DNA of 64,000 nt from an uncultured Actinomycetes bacterium. Lineage in GTDB: Bacteria; Actinomycetota; Acidimicrobiia; IMCC26256; JACDBD01. Below the pieces are notes generated by a model, which did no database searches, was not told the DNA's origin, and worked only from the letters and a program-made list of their open reading frames with translations. The stretch lies in the NCBI GenBank assembly GCA_963737605.1, contig CAVTTE010000012.1:201744-265743 (forward strand), given 5' to 3'. Positions 21,444 to 31,058 of the stretch are shown here, in pieces. Position 1 is the stretch's first letter; the number at the start of each line of letters is the position of its first letter. Both the position numbers and the translations under genes were made by a program.

Positions 21444-22104
21444 CGGCCACCCGATCGCCCGCAGCGAAGCCGAGACCGCGGTCACGCCGCGGGGAGGGCG
21501 ACACGCTGCGCGCGGATCTCCTCGCGGCGACGGAGCGCCTGATGATCGAGACGGGAAGCGCGGAGGCGGTGTCGATCCGCGCGATCGCCGACGCCGTGGG
21601 CGTGACACCGCCGTCGATCTACCTGCACTTCCCCGACAAGGACTCGCTGATCCTCGCCGTGTGCGAGCGGCACTTCGAGGCGTTCGACTCGGTCATCGAG
21701 GAAGCGGGTCGATCGACCGACGACCCGGTCGAGAGCCTCCGCCGCCGCGGCCAGGCGTACGTCCGCTTCGGGCTCGAGAACCCGGAGCCGTACCGGATCC
21801 TGTTCATGACGCGCAACGAGAGCGCGCAACAGCAAGACATCGTCGTCGGCGCCGGCGGCACGCGCGTTCCAACACCTCGTCGACGCCGTGCAACGGTGCA
21901 TCGACGCCGGCGCGTTCCGACCGCGTCGATCCCGTGCTGGCGGCAACCGGCGTGTGGGCCGCCGTCCACGGCGTCACGTCGTTGCTCATCTCGCTGCCGG
22001 GCTTCCCGTGGCCCGACATCGACACGCTCGTCGACCACGTCTGCAACATCCAGAACTTCGGCCTGAGCGAACCCGCTCACGAGGACCAAGGAGCAACCGC
22101 ATGA
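21440..22104 (+). CDS. TetR/AcrR family transcriptional regulator (2 frameshifts as assembled)
   Basis: ORF 21152..22066 from ATG 21440 (HTH: VSIRAIADAVGVTPPSIYLHFPDKDSL), continuing through the 21888..23336 head and ORF 21661..22104. The ATG overlaps the MMPL stop (ATGA). Confidence 0.8.
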
Positions 22105-23460
22105 GCACTGCAGTCGAGAACCGTTACCTCGTCGGAAACTTCGCACCCGTCAGCGACGAGCTGACCGCGACCGACCTCCCGGTCCAGGGCGCGATTCCGA
22201 AGGAATTGCGCGGACGGCTGCTCCGCAACGGTCCCAACCCCATCGCGCCCGACCCCGCCGCGTACCACTGGTTCATGGGCGACGGGATGCTCCACGCGAT
22301 CGAACTGCGCGACGGCAAGGCCGTCTCCTACCGGAACCGGTGGGTGCGGACCGACCAGGCGCTCGATCTCCTCGGAGAGGACCCGATCCCCGGGCAGCCC
22401 GAGGACGTGTTCCCGGTGGGCTCGAGCGTCGCGAACACGCACGTCGTCACGCATGCGGGCAAGATCTTCGCCCTCGTCGAGGTGTGCCTTCCCACCCAGG
22501 TGCGACCCGATCTGTCGACGGTCGGCCGGTTCGACTTCGGCGGCAAGCTCCGGTCGGCGATGACCGCGCACCCGAAGGTGGATCCGGTCACGGGCGAGAT
22601 GCTCTTCTTCGGCTACGACGCCTTCGGCCCCCCGTGGCTGCGCTACCACGTCGTGAACGCCGAACGGCGAGCTCGTCCGCAGCGAGGACATCGACATCAA
22701 GGGCCCGTCGATGGTGCACGACTTCGCGATCACCGAACGCAACGTCGTGTTCCTCGACCTGCCCGTGGTGTTCGACTTCGACCTCGTCGGCAAGCGGCCG
22801 TTCCCGGCCGAGTGGAAGCCCGAGTACGGCGCACGCGTCGGCGTGATGCCGCGCGACGGCGGCAACGCCGACGTCCGGTGGTTCGACGTCGAGCCGTGCT
22901 ACGTCTTCCACCCGCTCAACGCCTACGACGACAACGGCACCGTCGTCATCGACGTCGCCCGGCATCCGAAGATGTTCGCCACGGACATCTACGGACCGGC
23001 CGAGCTGCCGCCGACGCTGGACCGGTGGACCATCGACCTCGACGCCGGGAAGGTCATCGAGGAGCGGCTCGACGACCGGCCGCAGGAGTTCCCACGCGTG
23101 GACGACCGCGTCGTCGGCCGGCGCCATCGGTACGGGTATGCGACCCACTTCGGCATCGACGACGAGGGGATCCAGTTCGGCGGTCTGGTGAAGCACGACC
23201 TCCAAGCCGGCTCCACCGAAGCGCACGAATTCGGTCGCGGCACGCACGCCAGCGAAGGCGTGTTCGTGCCGGCGGCGGACGACGCCGGCGAAGACGAGGG
23301 CTGGCTGCTCTCCGTCGTCTACGACGAGGGGCGTGACGCCAGCGACCTCGTCGTGCTCGATGCCACCGACATCTCGGGATCCCCCGTCGCCACCGTCACG
23401 CTGCCGCAGCGCGTGCCGTTCGGCTTCCACGGCTCCTGGATCCCCGACGGCGCCGCCTAG
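22101..23460 (+). CDS. Carotenoid cleavage dioxygenase (RPE65/CCO) family (one frameshift near ~22668)
   Basis: ORF 21888..23336 from ATG 22101 (NFAPVSDELT, LLRNGPNP, HWFMGDGMLH, ANTHVVTHAGKIFAL) continues in ORF 22711..23460 (MVHDFAITERNVVF, CYVFHPLNAYDD, PRVDDR, SEGVFVP, GFHGSWIP). The ATG overlaps the TetR stop (ATGA), and AAGGAG lies 8 nt upstream. Confidence 0.85.
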
Positions 23461-23464
23461 AGGA

Positions 23465-23946
23465 TCACGTCCCGACGCGCTTCTCGTAGCGGCTCTGGGT
23501 GAACTCGTCGACGGTCACGTCGCCGACGTGCTCGTACCCGGCGCGCTCGTAGTACCGCGCGCAGCGACTCGTTCCACGCGACGCAGTCGAGACGCAGATA
23601 CGTCTTGCCCTCGGCGGCCGCGTGGCCTTCCGCCCAGAGAAGTAAGCGAGCTCCGAGACCGTCGCCGTGCCGGCGCACGGCAAGCCGGTGCAGATATCCG
23701 GCGTCGCTCGCTCGGGTACCCGGTCCAGAAGAGCGGGTCGTCCCATTGCACGACGAGGCTGCCGACGACCTGGCCGTCGATCTCTGCGAGCCAGGTCTCG
23801 CCGGCTTCGATCGCCGGCATCACCCAGTCGGTCGGGAACCGGTCGGGCCACTGCTCGACGCCCCGCGTCCGAAGCCACGCCGCCGCGTCCGTGAGAACGG
23901 CGAGCACGACCTCAAGCTCGTCTGGCCGTGCTTGCCGAACCTGCAC
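23465..23946 (-). CDS. GNAT family N-acetyltransferase (2 frameshifts as assembled)
   Basis: Pieces of ORFs 23515..24303 (VQVRQARPDELEVVLAVLTDAAAWL...ETWLAEIDGQVVGSLVVQWDDP), 23457..23678 (RRHGDGLGARLLLWAEGHAAAEGKTYLRLDC) and 23465..23878 (YYERAGYEHVGDVTVDEF). Confidence 0.7.
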
Positions 23947-23959
23947 ACGTCGGCATTGT

Positions 23960-24002
23960 GCTCGGTCCGCGCACGCACCTGAGCAGTAGCGAGGGACCGA
24001 GC
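23960..24002 (-). terminator. Stem-loop (GCTCGGTCC ... GGACCGAGC, 9-bp stem, 25-nt loop) just downstream of the etfBA-associated small gene
   Basis: Inverted repeat read directly from the sequence. It begins 4 nt after the stop at 24006-24008 (minus strand). Confidence 0.35.
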
Positions 24003-24005
24003 GCG

Positions 24006-24303
24006 TTACAGCTTCGACTTGGCGATGCAGATCGCCAGGTGAGCGTCCAGCACCGCTCGTGCGCGTGGTGTTCGACACGTCGGCGTCGGCTTCGGCCGCC
24101 ACCTTGGCGCTGTCGCCGGCTTGCTCGAGCTCGATGACGGCCGCTCGCTCGTCCTCGGCCCCTGCCGCCTTCTCGGCTTTCGCTGCGAACTCGCCCACGA
24201 CCGCGGTCAGAACGGGTGACGCTCCCCCATCGGCACGAACGGCGTCGACCGCGGTGTCGATCTTGGTTCGGACTTCGCGGAGTCGTTCGCCAGTGGTCGT
24301 CAA
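24006..24303 (-). CDS. Small Ala/Glu-rich helical hypothetical protein co-oriented with etfBA (one frameshift near ~24045)
   Basis: Head of ORF 23515..24303 (MTTTGERLREVRTKIDTAVDAVRADGG...AEKAAGAEDERAAVIELEQAGD), then an alternative frame ending VLDAHLAICIAKSKL* before the hairpin. Without the shift the ORF would read through into the GNAT gene. Confidence 0.4.
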
Positions 24304-24306
24304 AAG

Positions 24307-25275
24307 CTAGGTCTTCGCTTTCAGCGCCTCGATGAGCTTGGGCACCACCTTCGAAGCATCACCGACGACGCCGAGATCCGACACGCTGAAGATCGGCGCC
24401 TCCGGGTCCTTGTTGATGGCGATGATGTTGTCGGAGCCCTTCATGCCGACCATGTGCTGCGTCGCGCCCGAGATGCCGATCGCGATGTAGACCTTGGGCT
24501 TCACGGTCTTGCCCGTCTGACCGACCTGCTTCGAGTACGGCACCCAGCCGGCGTCGACGATCGCGCGTGACGCGCCCGACGCACCCTTGAGCATCTTCGC
24601 CAGCTCCTCGACCAGCGGCTCGTACGCCTCGGCGCTGCCGAGCCCGCGGCCGCCCGAGACGACGACTTCGGCGTCCTCGAGCTTGGGCCCCTCCTGCTCC
24701 TCGACGTGGTGGTCGAGCACCTGCGCCTCGGCGGCGCGACCGGCGTCGACGCTGTCGACCTTCACGACCTCGGCCGCGCCCCCGCCGCTGGGCTCGGGCG
24801 CGAACGACTTCGGCCGGATGCCGGCGAGGTACGGCTTCTCACCTTCGAAGGCCGTCGTCACGATCGTGTTGCCGCCGAAGACCGCGGTGCTCACCGCGAC
24901 CGTGTCGCCGTCGATCTCGACCCCGTTGCCGTTGGTCAGCACCGGGCGGTCGAGCTTCACCGAGAGCCGGCCCATCGCGTCGCGCCCGTCGTAGCTCTGC
25001 GCGAAGAGGATGAGGTCCGGCTGCTCGTCGCCGACGAGCTTCGCGAGCAGCGCACCTCCGACCACTCCGCTCAACGACGAGCCGTGGTCGACGGCGTGGA
25101 CCTTCGTCGCGCCGTACTCGCCGAGCTGCGGGGCGATCGTGTCGGCGTCGGCGCCCGAGTACACCGCCTCCACCGTGTCGCCGATCTCGCGCGCCTTGGT
25201 GAGCAGCTCGAGCGTCGCCGAGGTCGCCTTGCCGTCCTCGCCCTCGGCGTAGACCCATACCTTCGGGAGCGTCAT
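24307..25275 (-). CDS. etfA: Electron transfer flavoprotein alpha subunit
   Basis: Intact ORF 24307..25275 ([55 protein letters not shown]). Confidence 0.95.
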   Translation of the reverse strand: MTLPKVWVYAEGEDGKATSATLELLTKAREIGDTVEAVYSGADADTIAPQLGEYGATKVHAVDHGSSLSGVVGGALLAKLVGDEQPDLILFAQSYDGRDAMGRLSVKLDRPVLTNGNGVEIDGDTVAVSTAVFGGNTIVTTAFEGEKPYLAGIRPKSFAPEPSGGGAAEVVKVDSVDAGRAAEAQVLDHHVEEQEGPKLEDAEVVVSGGRGLGSAEAYEPLVEELAKMLKGASGASRAIVDAGWVPYSKQVGQTGKTVKPKVYIAIGISGATQHMVGMKGSDNIIAINKDPEAPIFSVSDLGVVGDASKVVPKLIEALKAKT

Positions 25276-25288
25276 CTGCAGTGGCCTC

Positions 25289-26072
25289 CTAGATGACCTT
25301 GAGCTGCTCGAGGAAGGCGACGATCCGCTCGTGCGCGTCGCCTTCGTCCTCGATCTTCTCGCCCGCCTGCCGCTCGGGTGCCGCCTCGATCGACTTGATC
25401 TGTTGACGGGCGCCCTTCCAGCCGACCTCGTCCTCGGACAGCCCGAGATCCGCCGACCTTCGCCTGGTCGACGGGCTTGTTCTTCGCCGCCATGATCCCC
25501 TTGAAGGACGGGTAGCGCGGCTCGACGACGCCGGCGGTGACGCTGACCACCGCGGGGAGCGACGCCTCGACCATGTCGTACCCGGCTTCGGTCTGTCGCT
25601 GGATCTTGACCTTGCCGTCGGCGGTCTCGATGTGCTTGGCGAAGGTGAGCGACGGCCAGCCGAGGAGCTCGGCGACCTGTGCCGGCACCGTGCCGGTGTA
25701 GCCGTCGGTCGACTCGGTCGCCGTGAGCACGAGGTCCATCTCGCCGGCACGCTCGACGGCCTTGGCGATCACCTTGGCCGTCGACAGCGCATCGGAGCCC
25801 TGGAGGACCGGGTCGGAGACGAGGACGGCCTTGGCGGCCCCCATCGCCAGCGCCGTGCGCAGCCCCGACACCTCGTCATTGGGGGCCATCGAGATCAGCG
25901 TGACCTCGCCGCCCCCGGCGGCGTCGACGAGCTGGAGGGCCATCTCGACGCCGTAGGCGTCGGAGTCGTCGAGGATCAGCTTGCCCTCGCGCTTGAGCGT
26001 CTTCGTCTCGGGATCGAGCTCACCCGGCGTGGCCGGGTCGGGGATCTGCTTCACGCAGACAGCGATGTTCAT
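25289..26072 (-). CDS. etfB: Electron transfer flavoprotein beta subunit (one frameshift near ~25455)
   Basis: Part of ORF 25272..26594 (MNIAVCVKQIPDP, LILDDSDAYGVEMALQL, DLVLTATESTDGYTGTVPAQVAELLGWP) continues in ORF 25289..25750 (EIEDEGDAHERIVAFLEQLKVI*). AGGAG lies upstream of ATG 26072. Confidence 0.9.
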
Positions 26073-26180
26073 ACCACTCCTGTTTGCCCAGAAAGGCCGC
26101 CGGTGATTCTGGCCCGCCGGGGCCGCCCACGTCGAAGCGATCGAATCGGCCCGGCGAGGCCGGCTGTACCGTCGGCGGCA

Positions 26181-27373
26181 ATGCCGACGGCGGTCGATGT
26201 CCTCGTGGTGGGTGCCGGGCCTGCGGGCGCGGCCGCCGGCCTGGCCGCCCGGCGACGGGGCCTCGACGTCCTGGTCGTCGACAAGGCCTCGTTCCCGCGC
26301 GACAAGACCTGCGGCGACGGCCTCACGACCGCGGCCCTGCGCCTCATCGAGCAGCTCGGCGTCGACCTGCGCCAACTCCCCGGCTACATGGCGGTCCGCG
26401 AGACCGTTCTCGTCGGGCCCGACGGCCGGCGCGTCTCCCTCCCCCTGGCGGACGACGGCGATCACGCCGCGGTCGTGCCCGCGCGTCGAGCTCGACGCCG
26501 CCATCGTCGACACCGCCCGGCGCTCGGGCGTCGAGGTGCGCGACGGCGTCGCCGTCACGGGAATCGATACGAACGGCGACGGCGTCACCGCCACGACGGC
26601 CGGCGACGGCTCGGTGCAGGCCCGCTTCGTGATCGCGGCGGATGGCCACTACTCGTTCGTGCGGCGATGCCTGCGTCCGCCGGCGCCGCCCGAGCTCGGC
26701 ACGTGGCACGCGTTCCGTCAGTACTTCCGCGGCGTCGACGATCCGCGGCTCTACGTGCTCTTCGAAGCCGACCTGCTCCCCGGCTACGCCTGGGTGTTCC
26801 CGCTGCCCGAAGGGCGCGCCAACGTCGGCTTCGGCGTGCTGCGCCGTCCGGGCATGTCCGGCAAGGAGCTCAACGCCCGCTGGCGTGAGCTGCTGACCCG
26901 TCCGAGCGTGCGCACCGTGCTCGGGCCGGCCGCCGAGCCCGAGGCGACGCACCGCGCCTGGCCGATCCCGGCCTCGTTCGAATACGACGCGCTCGCCGAC
27001 GGGCGCGTGCTCTACGTCGGCGACGCCGCCAACGTGGTCGACCCGCTGACCGGGGAGGGCATCGCGCAGGCGATCGAGACGGCGCTGGTCGCGGTCGACG
27101 CGATCGCAACGGGGAAGGCCGACGACGCCGGGCGCCGGTACACCGAAGGCGTGCGGCGCGCGCTCGGGCGTGACCTGCACTTCGCGGCCGCGCTGCAGCG
27201 CGTGCGTCCGCTCGCCCCGGGGCGCCGCGTTGGCTGTGCGCACCGCCGGCTTGACGCCTTGGACGCGACGCCACTTCGCCCGCTGGATGTTCGAGGACTA
27301 TCCGCGCGCCTTGCTCCTCACGCCGGACCGCTGGCACCGCGGCATGTTCGCCGGGGGCGGCGCGTACCGCTAG
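26181..27373 (+). CDS. Geranylgeranyl reductase family FAD-dependent oxidoreductase (MenJ-like; 2 frameshifts)
   Basis: Tail of ORF 25632..26888 (VDVLVVGAGPAGAAAG, FPRDKTCGDGLT), ORF 26197..27513 (LLPGYAWVFPLPEGRANVGFG, LYVGDAANVVDPLTGEGI) and ORF 27170..27373 (end). Confidence 0.8.
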
Positions 27374-28110
27374 CCACGCGGTTTCTCCCACACCGACACG
27401 TGGCTCCGGCTTTCGCTCGTGAACGGCTCACGGTTCCAGTCGCTCCACCGCTCGCGCAGATGTCATGCCGGCGAGTCGACGCCATGAGGTCCAGCTCGGA
27501 CGGCCACACGTAGCGAAACGGCGCCGAGAAGGTCTCGAGTCGGCCGTCGATCACCCAGTAGTGGTGAGAAAACGAGTTCTGCGCAACAAGGTCGACGTAC
27601 TCGTCGAAGCCGAGATGTGTCGGGGTCACGGTGAACGGCTGGATGGTCTCGCCGGGCGGGAGCCGTTGGAGCCCAGGAACAATGACCTCGATCACGAAGC
27701 AGCCGCCGGGTTCGAGATGCGCGGCGGCGTTGCGGAAGCACGCAACCTGTTCGTCCTGGGTGGTCAGGTTCATGATCGTGTTGCGGACGAGGTAGGCGAG
27801 CTGTGAACGTCCCGGCCACCCTGGTGGTCGCGAAGTCGCCGATGGTCACGCCGATGTCGTCTGCGCCCGGCTTCACCTGCAGCTCCGCGACCATGGCCGG
27901 CGACAGTTCGATCCCGTGCACACGAACGCCCCGCCGGCTGAGCGGCAACGCGATGCGGCCGGTGCCGATGCCGAGCTCGAGCGCCGCGCCGGTTCCTGCC
28001 AGCTCGGCGAGGAAGTTCACCGCCGGGTCGACGACGGCGGGGTCGAACAGATCCGGCCAGAGGTCCTCGTACCGCTTCGCGATCCGCTCGTCGAAGTTGA
28101 GCTCGGGCAT
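27370..28110 (-). CDS. Class I SAM-dependent methyltransferase (2 frameshifts)
   Basis: ORF 27463..28320 from ATG 28110 (ALELGIGTGRIALPLSRRGVRVHGIELSPAMV), ORF 27318..27773 (AAAHLEPGGCFVIEV), and a last frame ending WSDWNREPFTSESRSHVSVWEKPRG*. Its stop and the convergent reductase stop share CTAG at 27370-27373. Confidence 0.75.
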
Positions 28111-28186
28111 CGGTGCACCATCGCAGGAACGTGCGCCGAAAGCCGCCACCGAATTGATCCCGCGGCCGCCGGTACGGTGTGCGCCG

Positions 28187-28966
28187 ATGACCCGTCCGGG
28201 CACCGAGACGGTCCGCCTCATCGACGAGCTCACCGCCAACGCGACCGCCGCCACCACCGTGCAGCTCGTCGACGGGTGGGTACTGCGCGCCTCGCCCGAA
28301 TACCCGTTCCGCCGCTGCAACTCGGTGCTCCCCTACGGCGGCAATCCCGCCGGACTCGCGGCGCGCATCGACCTCGTCGAGGACTTCTATCGAGATCGCG
28401 ACCTGCCGGCCCGCTTCCAGATGAGCCCCGCCATGCTCCCCGTCGGGCTCGACGACGCGCTCGAGACCCGTGGTTACGAGATCGAGGAGCCGACACTCGT
28501 CCTCGTGGCCGAGACGCCGCGCGTCATCACACAGACCATGCGTGCCGAGACGGGCGACGTGACGCTCGGCGAGGGGATCGACGAGTACTGGGTGGCCGAA
28601 TACGCGTCTGCATTCGGAGACGACGACGCCGGGCGTGATCGGCTCCGCGCGTACGCCCATCTCCTCCGGCATCTCGGCCCCGCCGTCGGCACCGCCGTGC
28701 TCCCGGTCGACGAGATGCCGGCGGCCGTCGGGCTGGGCGTGCTCGAGCGGGGGTGGACCGGCGTGTACGCGATGGGCACGCGGAGGGAAGCTCGACGGCG
28801 CGGCGCCGCCACGTCGATCCTCCACGCCCTGGCGCGGTGGGGACACAGCCGAGACGCCGCTCGTATGTACCTCCAGGTCGAGGCCATGAACGACGGCGCC
28901 CGCCAGCTGTACACGCGCGCGGGCTTCGAGATGGCCTACCGGTACCACTACCGGACGTCTGCCTGA
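28187..28966 (+). CDS. GNAT family N-acetyltransferase (two-lobed, ~260 aa)
   Basis: Intact tail of ORF 27803..28966 from ATG 28187. It has an acetyl-CoA motif (GTRREARRRGAATSILHAL) and YTRAGFEMAYRY. Confidence 0.7.
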   Translation: MTRPGTETVRLIDELTANATAATTVQLVDGWVLRASPEYPFRRCNSVLPYGGNPAGLAARIDLVEDFYRDRDLPARFQMSPAMLPVGLDDALETRGYEIEEPTLVLVAETPRVITQTMRAETGDVTLGEGIDEYWVAEYASAFGDDDAGRDRLRAYAHLLRHLGPAVGTAVLPVDEMPAAVGLGVLERGWTGVYAMGTRREARRRGAATSILHALARWGHSRDAARMYLQVEAMNDGARQLYTRAGFEMAYRYHYRTSA

Positions 28967-28980
28967 CCCGTCCGAGCGTT

Positions 28981-28998
28981 CTTGACCCCTTGGTCAAG
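28981..28998. promoter_or_regulatory. Operator-like palindrome CTTGACCC-CT-TGGTCAAG (member 2 of 3)
   Basis: 7-bp perfect arms, 21 nt upstream of the acyl-CoA dehydrogenase ATG at 29019. Confidence 0.45.
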
Positions 28999-29018
28999 CG
29001 ACGGGAACACTGCTCCCC

Positions 29019-30256
29019 ATGAGCATCGATTTCACCCTGCCGCCCGACGTCGAGGAGACGCGCCGCCGCGTCCGCGAGTTCATGGACGAGGTGGTGCGCC
29101 CGGCGGAGGAGAAGGTCTACGCCAACGCGCCGGATGGCGAGCCCGACCGCTCCGACATCGTGCGCATGATCATCGAGCTCCGCCAGAAGGCGCACGAGTG
29201 GAACGTGTGGCTCCCCCACATGCCGAAGGAGTGGGGCGGGCTCGGGCTCGGGATCACGGCGATGGCGTTCGTGTCGGCGGAGGCGGCCCGCACGAACTTC
29301 GGGCCGTTCATCCTCAACGCCCAGGCGCCCGACGAGGGCAACATGCACACGCTGCTGCATCACGCCAACGACGAGCAGAAGGAGAAGTACCTCCGCCCGC
29401 TGCTCGAGGGGCGGGCGCGCTCGTGCTTCGCGATGACCGAGCCCGAGGTCGCCGGCTCCGACCCGACGGGCATCCAGACGATGGCCGTCAAGGACGGCGA
29501 CGACTGGGTGATCAACGGCCACAAGTGGTTCATCACCGGCGCCAAGGGCGCGACGTTCGCCATCCTCATCGCCAAGACCGACCCCGACGCCGACCCGCCG
29601 CAGGCGTCGAACACCGCGTTCCTCGTCGACCTGCCCGCCGACGGCTGGGAGATCGTCCGCGACATCGACACGATGGCCGGCCACGGCAACCACTGCGAGA
29701 TCCGCATCACCGACCTGCGCGTCCCGGACCGGCCGTGCTCGGCGGGCGGGGGAACGGCCACCTGCTCGGGCAGGCGCGCCTCGGCCCGGCGCGCCTCGCG
29801 CACTGCATGCGCTGGATCGGCCAGGCCGAGATCGCGCTCGAGATGCTCGTGAAGCGAGCGCGAGGAGCGTCAGCTGCACGGCGCGCTCCTCGCCGACAAG
29901 CAGGCGATCCAGTGGATGATGGCCGACTCGGCGATGGAGCTGTACACCGCCAAGCTGATGGTGCTGCACGCGGCGTACAAGATCGAGAACGAGCAGCCGT
30001 TCCGCCAGGAGGTGAGCTTCGCCAAGCATCACGTCGCGAACATGCTCTGGAAGGTCGTCGACCGCGCGATCCAGGTGCACGGCGCGCTCGGCTACTCGAC
30101 CGACACGCCGCTCGAGCGGATGATGAAGCACGCCCGCTCGGCCCGCCTCGTCGACGGCGCCGACGAGGTGCACCAGGCGCTCATCGCCCGCAACGTGCGC
30201 GCCGCCTCCGGGACACCGGCGACACCCGTGTCGCCACCGGCGACTTCGACTTCTGA
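29019..30256 (+). CDS. Acyl-CoA dehydrogenase (3 frameshifts as assembled)
   Basis: ORF 29019..29852 (CFAMTEPEVAGSDPTGIQT, DDWVINGHKWFITGA), ORF 28982..30256 (RLAHCMRWIGQAEIALEML) and the head of ORF 29916..32045 (MMADSAMELYTAKLMVLHAAY, QVHGALGYSTDTPLERMMKHARSARLVDGADEVH). Confidence 0.85.
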
Positions 30257-30263
30257 CGCCACC

Positions 30264-30308
30264 TCTCGGCAGCGAAAGGCACGAATAGCGAGCGTTTCTC
30301 TGCCGAGA
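30264..30308. terminator. Inverted repeat TCTCGGCAG ... CTGCCGAGA between convergent genes
   Basis: 9-bp perfect arms (30264-30272 and 30300-30308) plus an inner GAAA/TTTC pairing. It lies between the ACAD stop (30256) and the phosphatase stop (30315) in a comparatively AT-rich spacer. Confidence 0.4.
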
Positions 30309-30314
30309 ACGGAG

Positions 30315-31022
30315 CTAGATCGGCGGCGGCGCCGCCACCGAGAAGTGCGGGTCGAGGTGGGTCGTGTCGTTGAAGCGGCGGACGGTGATCCGGTCCTCTT
30401 CGACGACGATGTGGCTGATCGACGCGTTGTCGGCCCCGATGAACGCGAAGCCCCGAGCGCCGGTCGCGTTGGACAGGACCTCGCCGATGACACCCCCGTG
30501 GGTGACGACCACGACGAGCTGGTCGGGGTGCGCGACGGCAACACGCGAGATCCCGAGGCTGACGCGGTCGCGGAACGCGTCGGCGGGCTCGCCGCCGGGA
30601 ATCAGATCCCAGCGCTGCTCCTCGACGGCGCGCACGAACGCGGGATCGTGTTCTGCTGCCTTCACTCGCAGCAGCCCGCCCTCCCATTCCCCGAGGTACA
30701 CCTCGCGCAGCTCCGGTTCGACGCTCGGAACGATGCCGAGACGCTTCGCCAACGGGGCCGCCGTCTCGACCGTGCGTCGGAGGGTGGTCACGTAGATGGC
30801 GGCGATGTCCTCGCCGGCGAGTCGCTCCGCAAGCCGTTCGGCCTGGTCCACGCCCACGGGGTCGAGGGGCGGGTCGCCGTGCCCGTCGACCAGATCGAAC
30901 GGCCGCTCGGGATCGACGGGCTGGGACTCGCCGTGGCGCACGAGCAGGATCTCGGTCGCGCCCGGCGGCGGCGTGTAGCGGTGCTGGCGGTACGTGTTGG
31001 GCTCGCTCTGGGGCTGGCTCAC
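30315..31022 (-). CDS. Histidine phosphatase (phosphoglycerate mutase-like) family protein
   Basis: Tail of ORF 30315..31766. It has the RHG motif (ILLVRHGES) and VVVTHGGVIG. The GTG start at 31022 is inferred. Confidence 0.8.
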   Translation of the reverse strand: MSQPQSEPNTYRQHRYTPPPGATEILLVRHGESQPVDPERPFDLVDGHGDPPLDPVGVDQAERLAERLAGEDIAAIYVTTLRRTVETAAPLAKRLGIVPSVEPELREVYLGEWEGGLLRVKAAEHDPAFVRAVEEQRWDLIPGGEPADAFRDRVSLGISRVAVAHPDQLVVVVTHGGVIGEVLSNATGARGFAFIGADNASISHIVVEEDRITVRRFNDTTHLDPHFSVAAPPPI

Positions 31023-31058
31023 GGAGCGCAAGAGTACGGTGCGGCGCGCGGTGGCCAC

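Noticed and set aside
26893-26909. An exact 17-nt match (ctgacccgtccgagcgt) between 26893-26909 (inside the reductase gene) and 28963-28979 (just upstream of the ACAD operator).
   Set aside because: It is a single short match whose flanks diverge immediately on both sides. It is within what chance allows in a 64-kb GC-biased sequence.
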